Assembly: GCA_040954595.2 (NCBI GenBank)
Contig: CM082580.2
Coordinates: 3,772,783-3,836,782 of the forward strand
Source: Balanoglossus misakiensis
Taxonomy: Eukaryota; Animalia; Hemichordata
Direction of reading: 5' to 3'
Length of the DNA stretch: 64,000 nt
Positions 1 to 12,034 of the stretch are shown in pieces. The number at the start of each line of letters is the position of its first letter. Position 1 is the stretch's first letter. The position numbers and the translations under genes are program-made. The notes beneath the pieces are model-generated. The model saw nothing but the letters and a program-made list of their open reading frames with translations, had not been told where the DNA came from and did no database searches.

Positions 1-3000
1 CAAGAGACTGGCTTACTTTGAAAAGCATCTCGATAAGCCGGTAGCAAGCAAAGGAGGTGGGAAGGAGCAGAAGAAATCGCCCAGGAGGAAGACACCGAGA
101 AGTTTGTCGCCACGGAAGCCGGAGAGTGCTACATCAAGCGATGTAAGATTACATTTTGATGCGTTTGATGAGAAGGTGGAACACACCAATGCTTTCATAG
201 TCAGCGATCCGCAAAGAGTAACTACTGATAAGTCGAAACGTGTGAGCTATGAGCATGTGAATGATGTCACCAGCCTGATTGGCGAGTCTTCTCCACCCAG
301 AGAACCCACTGACTTGCACAGTGGCCGGGATGTAGGGATGACTATGGAAGCTTCTTCGCCTGAACTCAACGTCGACCCTGTTGTTGATCTGCTAGGATTG
401 CAGAAAGCACTTCAACACGGCGATGAGGGACTGCGGCAATACCTGCTAGACATGGGAAGAAAAAGTGAAACCAGTCAGAGCAGACACCCCACAGATCAAA
501 GGAAACCCGATAAACATATCAGAACTAATGTAAGAGATCATATCGTAGACTCACCAAGAGAGAATGCACCTAATAGCTTTGACACTGCGTCTAGTAAAAC
601 ATCACCACATTCACTTCGGGACCTAACACCCCCGAAGGCGCACGCAAAAAGAAACGATGGATTTCCTATGACGCAGAATATTTGGGAAGAGAGGGTTCAC
701 AGAGAAAGTCCCAGGAGCAGAATTTCCAGTCAACCAGGCAAGCCGAAAGAAACCAACCTGTCTGAACACAAATCCAAAATCGGAAGTCCAAGCGTCACCT
801 CCACTGAATTGCAAAATCTCGGTCTTTACGAAGACCTGTTTGTGCAGAGCCGAGAAGAGGAGAGACTGAACAACGAAATGACCAATCTGAAGTCCTCACT
901 GATGCGAAGCGGTCCACCCTTCAAGAGGAACTACGACAGAAGCGATCCGCAGCCCAGCGTGTATCTGACCGAGGTGCCACAGAATGCCGACAGCGCGGGA
1001 AGGCAGAGCGGATCAGACAGAACTCGGAAACAACGCAACGTGGGCCGTAATTTCAGCGAGGGCAGCTGCTCCGAGTCGGACTCTACAGGTAGCGCCGACG
1101 GGGACGGTTATCACCAAGTACAAAATAGATGGAAAAAGCACGAGGGAATTGACAGCAATGGAAGTGACATTGAACTAGAAACTCACCGTCCAGACATCCG
1201 TCCAGTTTCACCGCTGAAGGAGGTGAAATCAAATGTCAAGGTAATATCTCACCAACATCAGTCTTATGGTGCCGAGTGGGACATCCCAAATGCAAGCAGC
1301 ATGATCAGCCCAAAACTTCCGACTCCGAAGAAACCTGAGGATGTACCAAATTTAATGCTGGAGCCGTCTTCTTCGTCTGAAGAGAGTGACCATCTAGAGT
1401 TCATGGATTTCCCGAAGAAGAAGAGGACCAAGAAGAAACAGGCCCTCGCTGACAGCCACTCCGATTTCACAAACATCACAGAACTGAACCGGGACAAAGT
1501 CAAACTAAGCAAGCAGAAGAAGAGGGTGATGAAATCAGAGTTGAGTTTGAGATTGTCCCTGGACAGCACGGTGTCTGGTGGCAGTGAATTTGTCGACTCG
1601 GAAGTGTCTGAGTTCAAAGATTCGAACGTTAAATTGGGTTCTCAGAAATTGCTGCAGTCAGGTGTTGGTGGCGGTCAGTTGTCTTACGGCCCAAGTGCGC
1701 CGAAATCAAGCGCCAAGAAACCGCACACAAACAAATCTGAGTCGGCAACAAAGTCGGCACTTTCATCAAAACTAAGTTTAGACAGTGCTGAACCCAGTTC
1801 ACACAAGCACATGCCTGTTAGAAGCGGAGACCCCACAAAAACTGCCGGTGAACCAAGTCAGAAGTTCGGCTCTGAAAGAGTTGATTTGATGAATGAAATG
1901 TACGACCACTGGGCAGATGCTGGCTCCACCACAAAAGCCGCTCATAATGTATTCCTAAATGATAGAATAGACGGGATTGATTCGCCCAGAACTGACTACT
2001 TCAGTGGTGTGCCCGCTTCTGATCAGAAGATGAAACAGCAACCAACAGGGCGATCAGCTTTTTCAGTTGAAGACTTCCTGACCGGTATCCTGTATCCCAA
2101 CTCTGCGGACAGTGGGATGGAAAATCAAGGCATGCCTGGAGGTAAAAGAGAGACGGAACGAGAGAAACCATTTGCAAGGGCAGAGACGATTCTCAGAGCA
2201 AGCAGTAAGTCTCAAAGTGAGCAGAACCGTGACATGAGACAACATAATGTCGAAATGTATCAACTTCTTGAAAAGAATTTCTCGGATGTCGAAAAGAAGC
2301 TTGCAGATCTAGGATTGGAGCATCTACTTGATGATGAAAGTAATGATGTCAGTCAGACAGGTGATAAAAAGATCAAAATGGTTAAAATATGCCCAGAATG
2401 TGATGCTGTAAATCGCGAACACATAACCTGGTGCCTCGAGTGTGGCTGTGTTTTGATTGGAGTGCAGTCCGAACCCCATCCTGATGTTATCAGAGCCATA
2501 GCAAGCAATTACGCAAATGCGAACGGGGATGTTAATATCAGCCGGGCTCAAGATTCTCCTGAATTAAACAACAACGTACAAGGGAAAATAGCTGCAGAAT
2601 ACAAAGACTTAGATGTCGGGAAGTCAAACGAAAGACAGCCACAATCCAGTGGTCAAAAATCTGGCATTTCTCCCAAGGCTTCGCAGCCTCCGTCAAGTGG
2701 AAATCGTGTCAGTGACTGTGAGTCCGCTGAGGGCTTGCGTAGACGAGATGAAGTAGGAGAAAGACCCCTGACTGCGTATCAACAGTACTTGCTCCATCTA
2801 GAGAGACAGCAAGAGCAAGAGGCACAGCAGGCAGCCAGTTCTGTTCCAGAAGCGAAAAACGTCAGCTTTGCTTCTCCGCACGACTCGGCGAGGCCGGAAA
2901 ACTCAGTCGGGAAGTCAGATGGCCGTTCAAGTGGGAATGTGTCTGATGACAGTCTTGGAATTGAAGAGGATGTGCGAGGAACTTCCCCAGAGCGTGAAGC

Positions 3001-6000
3001 AAGTCCCGCACGGTTAGAGAATGCAGTCAGTGTGGTCTCCGACTCTAGCGATGTTCCCGGCGACGCCGCACACCCGTTGTTTGCAATGTTTCTCAATGAT
3101 CCAAGAGTCCGGCCGGGTGAGGCAGCGACATCGTCGTCAGTCAGCAAGCCCAGACCGAGCAGCGCCGATCCGAAGACGTCGGTTCGAGAAAAGACGCAGC
3201 CAAGACCTTCCTCGTCCGGCACCAAAAGCAGAACCAGGCAGTATGTCGAGCAAGACTTTTACCAGAGACACTGGACGAGATCCAGCACGGCCTGGGACTC
3301 GTACAACGAGAACGAACTCAGCACGTGGTCCAGCGTCGACGCCGGCCGGAAGCCCTCGCAGAGACAGAGACCTCTCAGCGCGAAGAAGTCGTCCAGAAAC
3401 ACACCAAAGAACAAGAGTGAGACAACCAGAAGTGCAAGACCCACCTCGGCCGGACGACCCAAATCCAGCAATACTCAAGAAAACTCCAACAACAACAACA
3501 GTGTTGACAGGTCCCGGCCTACGTCAGCTAAAACGAAACAGAAGAATGGGGCGCAAGTAAACGGTGACCAGTCATCGAGACCAAAGTCAGCTACGGGTCA
3601 GAGAGAGATGGGAAGTCAAGATAAGGTCAAGTTTTTCCAGGTGAATTCAGCTCAGTTATCAGGTGGGTACTAGTGTGGTGATTAAAACAAAATTGTGTGA
3701 TCTGACCAGTCTGACTTCAGGAAATGTTAAGTTGCATGTGTTTGAAAAATTTCAGAAATATCATTTGTATAAACTTGTATCCTTGCATGGAAACCAACCT
3801 TACACCAGTTTGTTCAATTTATTTGCAGAAAGCAATAACAGACCTTTGAATAGTTATGGAGTAAGTAGTGTACCTCCTCTGACAATGAAACTCTTACTTG
3901 AGGTAAGTTCGTGTACGTGTACATTTGTATTATGTGAGGGCATCATAGTCCAGTAGTTAGAGCATTAGACTTATAATGGAAGGATCATGGGTTCCAGCCC
4001 CGGCATGGCTGTGGTGTTGTTTCCTTTTGCAAGGCACGTTGCCTCTCCCCACCAAAGAGTAATGGGTACCTGGTAGGACAGAGATTGCTATGTGTGTGTT
4101 TAGCTCTAATGCATAATATGCAATTCAGCTTCTTGTGACCGACTTGTCTCCAGAAATTATGGGATGCATGGGACCCTTTGCAACCAGTACATATATTATA
4201 ATACATGTACTTTAATATCACGACTATGACTGGTAATGGTTACATTGTGTGGAAAAAAGTTAATATTTGCTCTATAGGCAGTTGAAAAATGGTTCATATA
4301 TTGCCTTCTTGTATCTGAATATCGCCTATGTTTAAATCTAACAGTCTGTATTAATGAAGTATGCATCATACATGTACATGGATGTACTTTCAAAACATTC
4401 CCTACTACAGCTAATCTGGTAATTGATTAACATGACAAAAAGTGAAGAACTCAATTTGAATGGAAATTTTTCTTTTCAGAGTCCAAGAGACATCCGAAGT
4501 TTATCAATTTGGCAAGTGTTACCAGACGAGATCCTGCTGAAGATTTTTACATTTCTAAGTCACAAGGATTTGGTTAGATGTGCTCAAGTATGTCATTTGT
4601 TTGACAGAATAGCCAGAGATGAAACATTGTGTAAGTGGGAATTCTGACATTGCATGAAACAAACCACAGAAAATATTTATGTGAGAATTTAGAAATGTAA
4701 TATAAATGTACTATGCTAGCTACCTATACAACAAGTTTTGAAGGGAATGTTTTGGTAACTTGACTGTTGCCATCCTTAGGGTTGAAAACCCGCTTCTGCC
4801 ATGTAATTATGCATTTTCAACATGAGGTTTGAGAAATCTTGCATTTGACCCATACACATGGCAAATGTTACACATCACTGATACCAAGAAAATGCATAAG
4901 GATGTACGCGCAGTATATGATGAACAGTTTCAGACAAAAATGCTTTCCCGTGCAAAATTTATTTATTCAGACAAGCACTCTGTCAAGAATTGAATATCAT
5001 TATGGTACAGGTATTATGAAGTTCAGTCAAATCTGTTGTTATGCGAATGAAACAGTGTTTTTGTTCGCTTCACTGTTCAGGGAGACACATCAGTCTGGAG
5101 AAGAAATCACTGTGTGATGCCTGGCTGGAAGAAATTGGTAAAAAATGTCCAACTACGCTGTCTTTACAACAATGCCGAGGTGCGCGTGTAACCAGTTCTG
5201 GTTTGAGAAGTCTTTTCAGAGCATGCAGTTCTAGTTTGGAGGTGAGATGCTGAGTTCATCTATGAAATGTGTATTGTTTAAATGTATGGAATTACTTTCA
5301 ACAAGATTTAACCCTTTCACCACCATGGTTCAGTCCAATCCTATGGTAAGGTTGGACCTCTAAAGAGGGAACTGGGGGCGAAAGGGTTAATACTTCAGTT
5401 ATTAAAGAAACCAATCGAATCAGATATGGACAAAATTTTAAATTCTTACTCTACAATTTGACTGTTTGAGAAGTAGTAGAGATTTTGAGAAAAAATATGA
5501 CAACTTGCTCTCTCTGTATGACAAATCTATATACTAGTAACTGTGCTTTGTTATCTCCTAGGAATTAAACATCAGTGGTTGCAGTCAAGGTGAATTGGTT
5601 GGTGATTCCATTTTATTGCACGCCACTAGATGTCCCAATTTATCGGTCATTGATGCCAGCTGGTGCAATGTCAGTGACAGTGCAGTGGTTGCACTGGTGG
5701 ACAGCTCACAAAGGTTGGAGTCGGTTTGTTTGAATGGTTGCCAAGCAGTGACTGATGAAGCGGTGTTTGCTCTTGTCAATAAACATGCAGACAGGTAAGT
5801 CTGCCTTTTTTATCATTGGACATAGACACCATGCAATGTTTTCATTAATTACCTGTGTTCCTTATGCTACGTGAGACTATACAGACCATATACAGTTTTT
5901 TGTTCTGTCTTTGCCAAGAACGTGACTTCAGTATGCATTTAAAGTGAAGGGGTCGTCGCGCCGCGTTTGTTTGTTTATAAATATTACAGGTCATCCACAA

Positions 6001-8625
6001 ATCCCTGAAATTAGATCATTCTTAGAATGAACGAAGCAGCCAACCGTAGCGTAGACTGGGCATGACACAACTAAAGATGCTAGTAAGTCGTGGCGACTGC
6101 AGTTGGGTTTGCGCTGGTATGGGAGGACATATTCTTGTCAAGGAGGATACCCACGCGGCGCGACGACCCCTTCCCTTTAAATATGAGGAATTAGTGGAGA
6201 CAGTGCCTCTTCTGTCACTAGTCGAAGTTCTCTGATAAGTTTGAACACTTTCATCTGTCAAATCCAATTGCTCTCTGTTAAAAATAAAGTGAATCCAGGC
6301 AAAAGTGTATTTCGTTTTCATAGGCAAAAATGATACAATTTTTCTGGTAATTTTGTGAATCTTTGAGTGTGTTTTGTTAAAATGATTTGTGGCTCCCTGT
6401 TTGCAGTCTACAAGTGTTGGAACTGTTTGGTTGCTTCAACCTGACTCCGGAGTCAATCCTCATGGCTGGCAGCTTTTGTAAGAAACTTCACACTCTGAAT
6501 ATTGGACAGTGTTACAAGGTCAGTACAAACTGATTGGTGTCATGTTTAATTCTGGGAAACAATGCATGGCACAGTACATGTACATTGATTGTTTTGCTGT
6601 GTTCAACCCATTCCCACCCATCCTCTTTGGTAGTAAGAAATCAAAAGTAATGTATATTAAGTGTTTAGGTCTGATATGCCCACGCCATTACATATTTGAG
6701 CTATATGAGACCTTTACAAATTACACTTGGGTTCTTTTTCTTCCTGGCATATATATCTTTTGTAACCTACTAAGTTATATGACTACCCAGATGCAGTGCG
6801 TGGTTATCACATTCCATAGCCTTACATGTAGGATGTTGAGAAAACAGTGTTAGAATATTGACATTTTCTGGAAATTTTCACAAAAAGGTGCCAAAAGAGG
6901 GCTATTATGTATAAAAATAAAGGAAATGACAATATTCTTACTTGTGAGTAGTCATCTATATGTACCTAATGCTGGCTTATTTTTTATTCAATTTTCAAAA
7001 TTCAAAATGATGTTTGATCACACAGTTGACAGACGAATGCATCACTCAGTTGGCAACGTATCTGGCAAACATTGAATACTTGGACCTGAGAGGTTGTAAA
7101 CAGGTAAGTTCCTTTTTCACAGATTGTTTGATATCGACTTTGAAAGTTGATCAGAGTGAAATCATTGGCATACTGTTTAGTTAGCTTCGAGATTTATAAT
7201 TGGGCCATCCCAAGCAGAAAGGGGTCTTACGGGAGAAAATATGATTTCTGCAGTTTCTTGCGTTCATAGAACACTTCACAGACTTTATTTTGTTGTCATT
7301 TCAGTCATTTTCAGCGAAAAGTCATATTACTATTTGGGCGAAATGAATCCAGTGTCCACGTTGTGAGATCACCATTCAGACTACTTAGTGGATTTTAATT
7401 TCACTGGCAGTGAATACTAATGCAAATGTTTAATTACCAGAGATATGTTATAGGACCACTGGATTTTACTTGACACTGTTTGTGAGGCCCACCTAAATAC
7501 TAAGTTGATCTCTCTTTCTCCCCGGAGCAACAAGTTGTGCGTTGTTGGTATTTTTTAACGCATTGACTGGATAATTAGAATGATTCATTGAATTCAGCAC
7601 TAGATTACAATACAGCGTTAATTTCATGTTATTTTTTTTTACAGATAAAAGATGATTGTGTGAGGAAGGTAGTCAGGAAATGTGGTCGATTACAAAGTCT
7701 GGTGTTGGCCAACTGTCCGCTCATCACTGACAATGCGCTGGTGGAAATTGCTACATACCTGTCAACAATTAGGTCAGTTTGTGCTAGTTTACGTTGTATT
7801 TGTAGCATCAAGGTGTTTTGTAGCTCGTAGAAGTGTTATTGTTGTTAGGCCAAAGTTAAATTAACTTGTAAAATGCCTCAATGTGGTTTGATAATATGTG
7901 ATCTACCATAGTGAAAGAATTGTCAAAGTTGATGCATTTGTTGATTGTCTTTCTCCCGAAGTACACCAAAAGTGATAAAAATGTAGAAAAGTAAGAAAAA
8001 AGGTTAATGCAACATAGCAATCATATATCCAAATATTGCAGATGAAATGTGTAAAAGGGAAGTCAACGGTTGTAGCAATAATTTCAGAATGCAGTCACAG
8101 GTTTACCAAGTGGGGCTGATAAACGTCACATGTCATTAGATCGAAGATCTCTCTCTGGTTCATATAAGAAATTCTTTCAAATGAAGAGGTGCACTACCAT
8201 GAGATTTCAGTTTGTAGGATTTCCTGAGAGTTGGACCGCCACCAGCAGAGGGTAACTCTTTCTTTTCATGACAGGTCATTGGATGTGAGCGGGTGCAAGA
8301 AGATTACTAACACTGGTGTCAGCTCCATAGCCATGAGTTGTCCAAACCTGGTTTTGTTGGACGTCAGCTCTACAGGTATCAACCATAGAAGGTGAGGTTT
8401 CTACTCTGACTTCAGCATGATGGAAGTTTGGATGACTTTGTCTGTGCCATCCTGCACTTCAATTATTCAATTATGCATGATCTGGAAATGGTTTTGCGGG
8501 TGTGATTTGCTTAGTTGTGACGCTGCCAAATAATGACAGGTAGTTAGTTTCAATACCCAGAAATAACACAGCAAATAAAAACACACAATGTACTATGTCT
8601 ACCTCACTACACATACATCGTAATT

Positions 8626-8678
<53 letters not shown>

Positions 8679-11483
8679 ACATTACAATACATGTACATGT
8701 ACATCTTTCACAGGGACAGTAGCTGTACTTTTAGATTGCTCTTTGTAATTATTTGTTCCACGTGTCCACTTACACAGTACATTTTGTTGGTCTGGCTTGT
8801 ATATAGTAAAATGTTATACTCACTGGTAATTTTTAGTCTATACATGTACCAAGTTTAACTGTTAGCACCATTACAAACATCTGTCAGAAGTGTGTAGAAA
8901 CGTTGGATATACCGGTAGGTGGTTCAGGGAGTACAACAGGAAAGTGTAGTCAAATTTACACAGCGAAGATTGTGAAAAAATTATGAGAATTACAGCTATT
9001 GTCCCTTTGTGGTGATATCTCGACAAGGCACTTCATATCCCATACTGACATAATCTACAGTAGACAGAAACACGTACATTGTACATATCTGCATCAGTCA
9101 CCTTCTTGAAATCAGAACAGCCTAACCTATATGGAATCAAGATACAAAAAAGATTCATGAAATGTTCCTTGACTGTTATGTAAATATCACACACATAACA
9201 CGATACATTTATGTTTTTTATGTACGTTTGACAAATTTTTTATTTTCTTTGTTGATAATGTGTTGGAATGCCAGTGTCTCGGCTATTGCTAGCTACTGTA
9301 ACAAACACTTGGAAACTTTGAAACTGAGCTTTTGTTCAGACATAACTGAAGCTAGTGTGATCAAGTTAGCCAAGAACTGTAAAAAGTAAGTTGTATTTGT
9401 TTGATTGCCTTTTGCTGTTCTGCACTGTGTGTGAACATTTTGTTGTGTGCTGATGTTACTTGTAACTGTGCTTTGTGACGCTGTTGTGTTATCTAATGTG
9501 TGTTAATTATGTGTTCACCAAGTTTAACAGTGAACTGGACATCTCATTTACAAGAGTTGTGTGGAATCTTGACTTATTACTTGTCAGTGTCACTCACTAT
9601 TTTCAAAATTTACGGCACCAGTGACTTGTTTTCCTTTAGGAAATTTCTCTTATTAAAATTGATCATTTAAAAACGTTAAATTTTTCCAATAAACAATTTG
9701 GATATTTTCGAATGAAAACCAAACAGACATTATATTCGTGTTGTAAAATTAGAGTAAAAAATCAGAAAATTAACAGGAAAATACCAACAAAAAATAAAGA
9801 AGAAAATTGCAATTTCCATTCCGATAGTTAATTAACAATTAACCGTCATTGGTAAAAGTCAAGGCATATTCATTGGTAGAAATGTGATGAGACTTCGCAT
9901 ACATTGCTTGGACTTCAATATAAATATTGGCCACTCGGAAAAACATAACCAAAAATGGAGTGTGTAGGAAGTTGCTCCGGCTATAAATATTTTTTAAAAA
10001 AATTGATTATGTTTATTGTTTTATACAAATTTGTATGCAAATATCTGGGCCATATTCATTTTTTGACAAATTTCCATTTATGTTTGAATTAAAGTTGTAT
10101 TTGGAAATTTGCATCTGTCATGTTGATGCACTTGTAGTACATTGTTCATCCGCAATCATGCACTTTAACTGCACTGCAATTCATTTTGTCTCAAATGCCA
10201 CACTGTATCAATGTCATTCCACATAAATACATGTCGACGTCAAAGGACAATAGCTCTGATTTTTCAATATTTTGATCTTTGTAATGTCTTGCTCAACTTC
10301 ACTGAGTTTGTTAAAAATGCCCAGTGCACAAGTTATGAATGCAGTCTCTATATATGTTAAACCAGCACTGTTATTGTTGATGTTAATGTAGACTTGAAAT
10401 GAAATAAATTAAATCAACTTAGGTAAGGTGAGTATTGCTATCTACAAAAAAAAAAAACAATGCTGGTTGTATCTATACAGGCTGAGTTTTCAGTTTACAA
10501 ACCAAATATTTCAGTGTCAACTTCTAGGAAGCAGAGCAAGGAACTGTTGTTTATTAGGACCAACATTTAAAAGAAACGAAAAACAAATTTCGGCTATTGT
10601 CCTTCTGACATCTAGAAAGCTTAGATAAGGGATGTAAAGACAGAGCATTTCACGTCACTGTCAATCACTCTCATCTATCCTGTAGTCCAAGCTTTCTACT
10701 TTCACTCATTCCAAACCTTTATGAAATGCTAAACTAAACTTGTGTGCTTTACGCTGAAGCAGTTCTGAAATGCCTCTTACTCTGCTGTGTCTTCCAAGTC
10801 TCAGCCTGGGTTCAAAGTTCAAACAATAACTTAATACACATGGCTGTATGTCGGTACTCACAGAGGCAAAGTTCTGTTTTATATTTCGCATGATTAAGAG
10901 AACGCGCGGCAATCAAGACATCCTTTGATGTTGTGTGTGCCATGCAAAAAAACTTGTATGCTGCAATCAAATTATCAATCTCTGCCGAACACTGAAACTC
11001 CAAGGTAAATTGGCCAGCGCTGTATAAATTTAAAAGTTAAAAACTCGAATTTGGGTTGTACAGCCACAGCCTGTCATCGCTATAGTACCTACTGGTATGT
11101 AATTTCTGTTAGTGCATAGAATTTCTGTTAGTGCATAAACAGTCAGATGTCTGTACATGTAGTCTGTCGTATGTCTTTTTTTCCCCTTTTCGACACACTT
11201 GCTGATATTGCACGCACTGGCCTGTATATTGCCTTATATAGTAATAGCTTGTAACTGCACATGACACCAACCTATAAGAATGCTATGCCAGACTAACGGT
11301 GCAGCACCAATATAGCCACCCCTAACCCCCCTGGCCGCATCTAACCTGTATCTGTTTTGACCTCTCCCTTCATGTAACCATTTCACTACATCCAGGTTGC
11401 GTGTCGTTCACCTCTACGGTGTGCGTGGTTTACGTCGGCTAAGTGGCATGAACTCCCAGTACAAGTTTTTTGTGTTTGAATGA
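1..11483 (+). CDS. F-box/leucine-rich repeat protein with a very long disordered N-terminus and a CxxC...CxxC zinc ribbon (5' end outside window)
   Basis: Frame open from nt 2 to a donor at 3640 (CAG|GTGAAT; alternative donor 3625). Exons then 4480-4630 (F-box, WQVLPDEILLKIFTFLSHKDLVRCAQVC), 5081-5241, 5562-5794, 6407-6518, 7026-7103, 7645-7772, 8275-8391, 9275-9385 and 11396-11483 (TGA). All junctions GT-AG with consistent phase. Exons encode cysteine-containing LRRs (LNISGC, LNGCQAVTD, LDLRGCKQIKD, LKLSFCSDIT). Confidence 0.88.
3938..4180 (+). mobile_element. Degenerate tRNA-derived SINE in F-box gene intron
   Basis: A-box-like TAGTCCAGTAGTTAG and B-box-like GGGTTCCAGCCC, followed by a body (gtgttgtttccttttgcaaggcac...tgcctctccccaccaaagagtaatgggtacctg) resembling conserved metazoan SINE central domains. 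The 3' boundary is approximate. Confidence 0.55.
5312..5386. mobile_element. piggyBac-type mini-MITE (copy 1)
   Basis: TTAA|CCCTTTC...GAAAGGG|TTAA; related copies at 20222-20306 and 42901-42961. Confidence 0.7.
5943..6176. mobile_element. Kolobok-type MITE
   Basis: 24-bp TIR (AGTGAAGGGGTCGTCGCGCCGCGT / ACGCGGCGCGACGACCCCTTCCCT, 1 mismatch), TTAA on both sides, purine-purine 5' terminus. Confidence 0.75.
6781..6892 (+). repeat. Dispersed repeat fragment, second copy at about 32609-32724
   Basis: GACTACCCAGATGCAGTGCGTGGTTATCACATTCCATA...GAGAAAACAGTGTTA is near-identical at both sites. Confidence 0.7.
8627..8678. repeat. (CAT)n microsatellite
   Basis: Perfect CAT run in an intron. Confidence 0.95.
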
Positions 11484-11777
11484 TCAGCCTCATGGAAAAT
11501 CCAGGTTAAAGATAAAAACATGATGTTTTTTTTAAATGGTAGATGTGCTCTTAAAAATGTCCGTTGCTTGTAGTTTGTTGGTGGTGAAAGGGGAGCAATT
11601 TAACTGTGAAGCGCAAGTATTCTGATTGGAAGTTCAGAGTAGTGTAGTTCACACTTTAAACAAGTAAGAACTGCTTCTAACCGGTTTACACTAGCTGATG
11701 TCAGTGATATCAAACCAATTAGTGTTTTTCATTATTGGAATTTTGACTTTACAAATTATAGTACCCGGTAATATTAA

Positions 11778-12034
11778 AGGGACAAAGTCTCTCTCTCACT
11801 GCCCTTTTTCCATTAATTAAGCTTGATATAAGACACCATTTATGTTATTCTACATCTGGATATATATTGAATCAACGTTTGACCACATACAACTTCCATC
11901 CCACTTGTAAACACGGGAGTGAAAAACTCGCCAAAATGAATAATCGGTCTCTACCGTTTATTCATTTTGGCGAAAATTTTACTCACATATCCTACAAACA
12001 GGAAAAAGGGCAGTGAGAGAGAGACTTTGTCCCT
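11778..12034. mobile_element. Kolobok-type foldback MITE family A (internally deleted copy)
   Basis: TTAA|AGGGACAAAGTCTCTCTCTCACTGCCC...GGGCAGTGAGAGAGAGACTTTGTCCCT|TTAA, downstream of the F-box gene stop. Confidence 0.85.

Noticed and set aside
623-3560. Several antisense and alternative-frame ORFs (up to 179 aa)
   Set aside because: Shadows of the GC-richer giant exon; no recognisable domains.
3938-4010. tRNA gene
   Set aside because: A/B-box-like motifs but no convincing cloverleaf; the sequence continues into a SINE-like body.
8595-8858. Poly-His ORF
   Set aside because: Translation of an intronic (CAT)n microsatellite.
10243-10604. 12-bp inverted repeat AAGGACAATAGC/GCTATTGTCCTT
   Set aside because: Possibly an old Kolobok-type element, but no intact TSD supports it.
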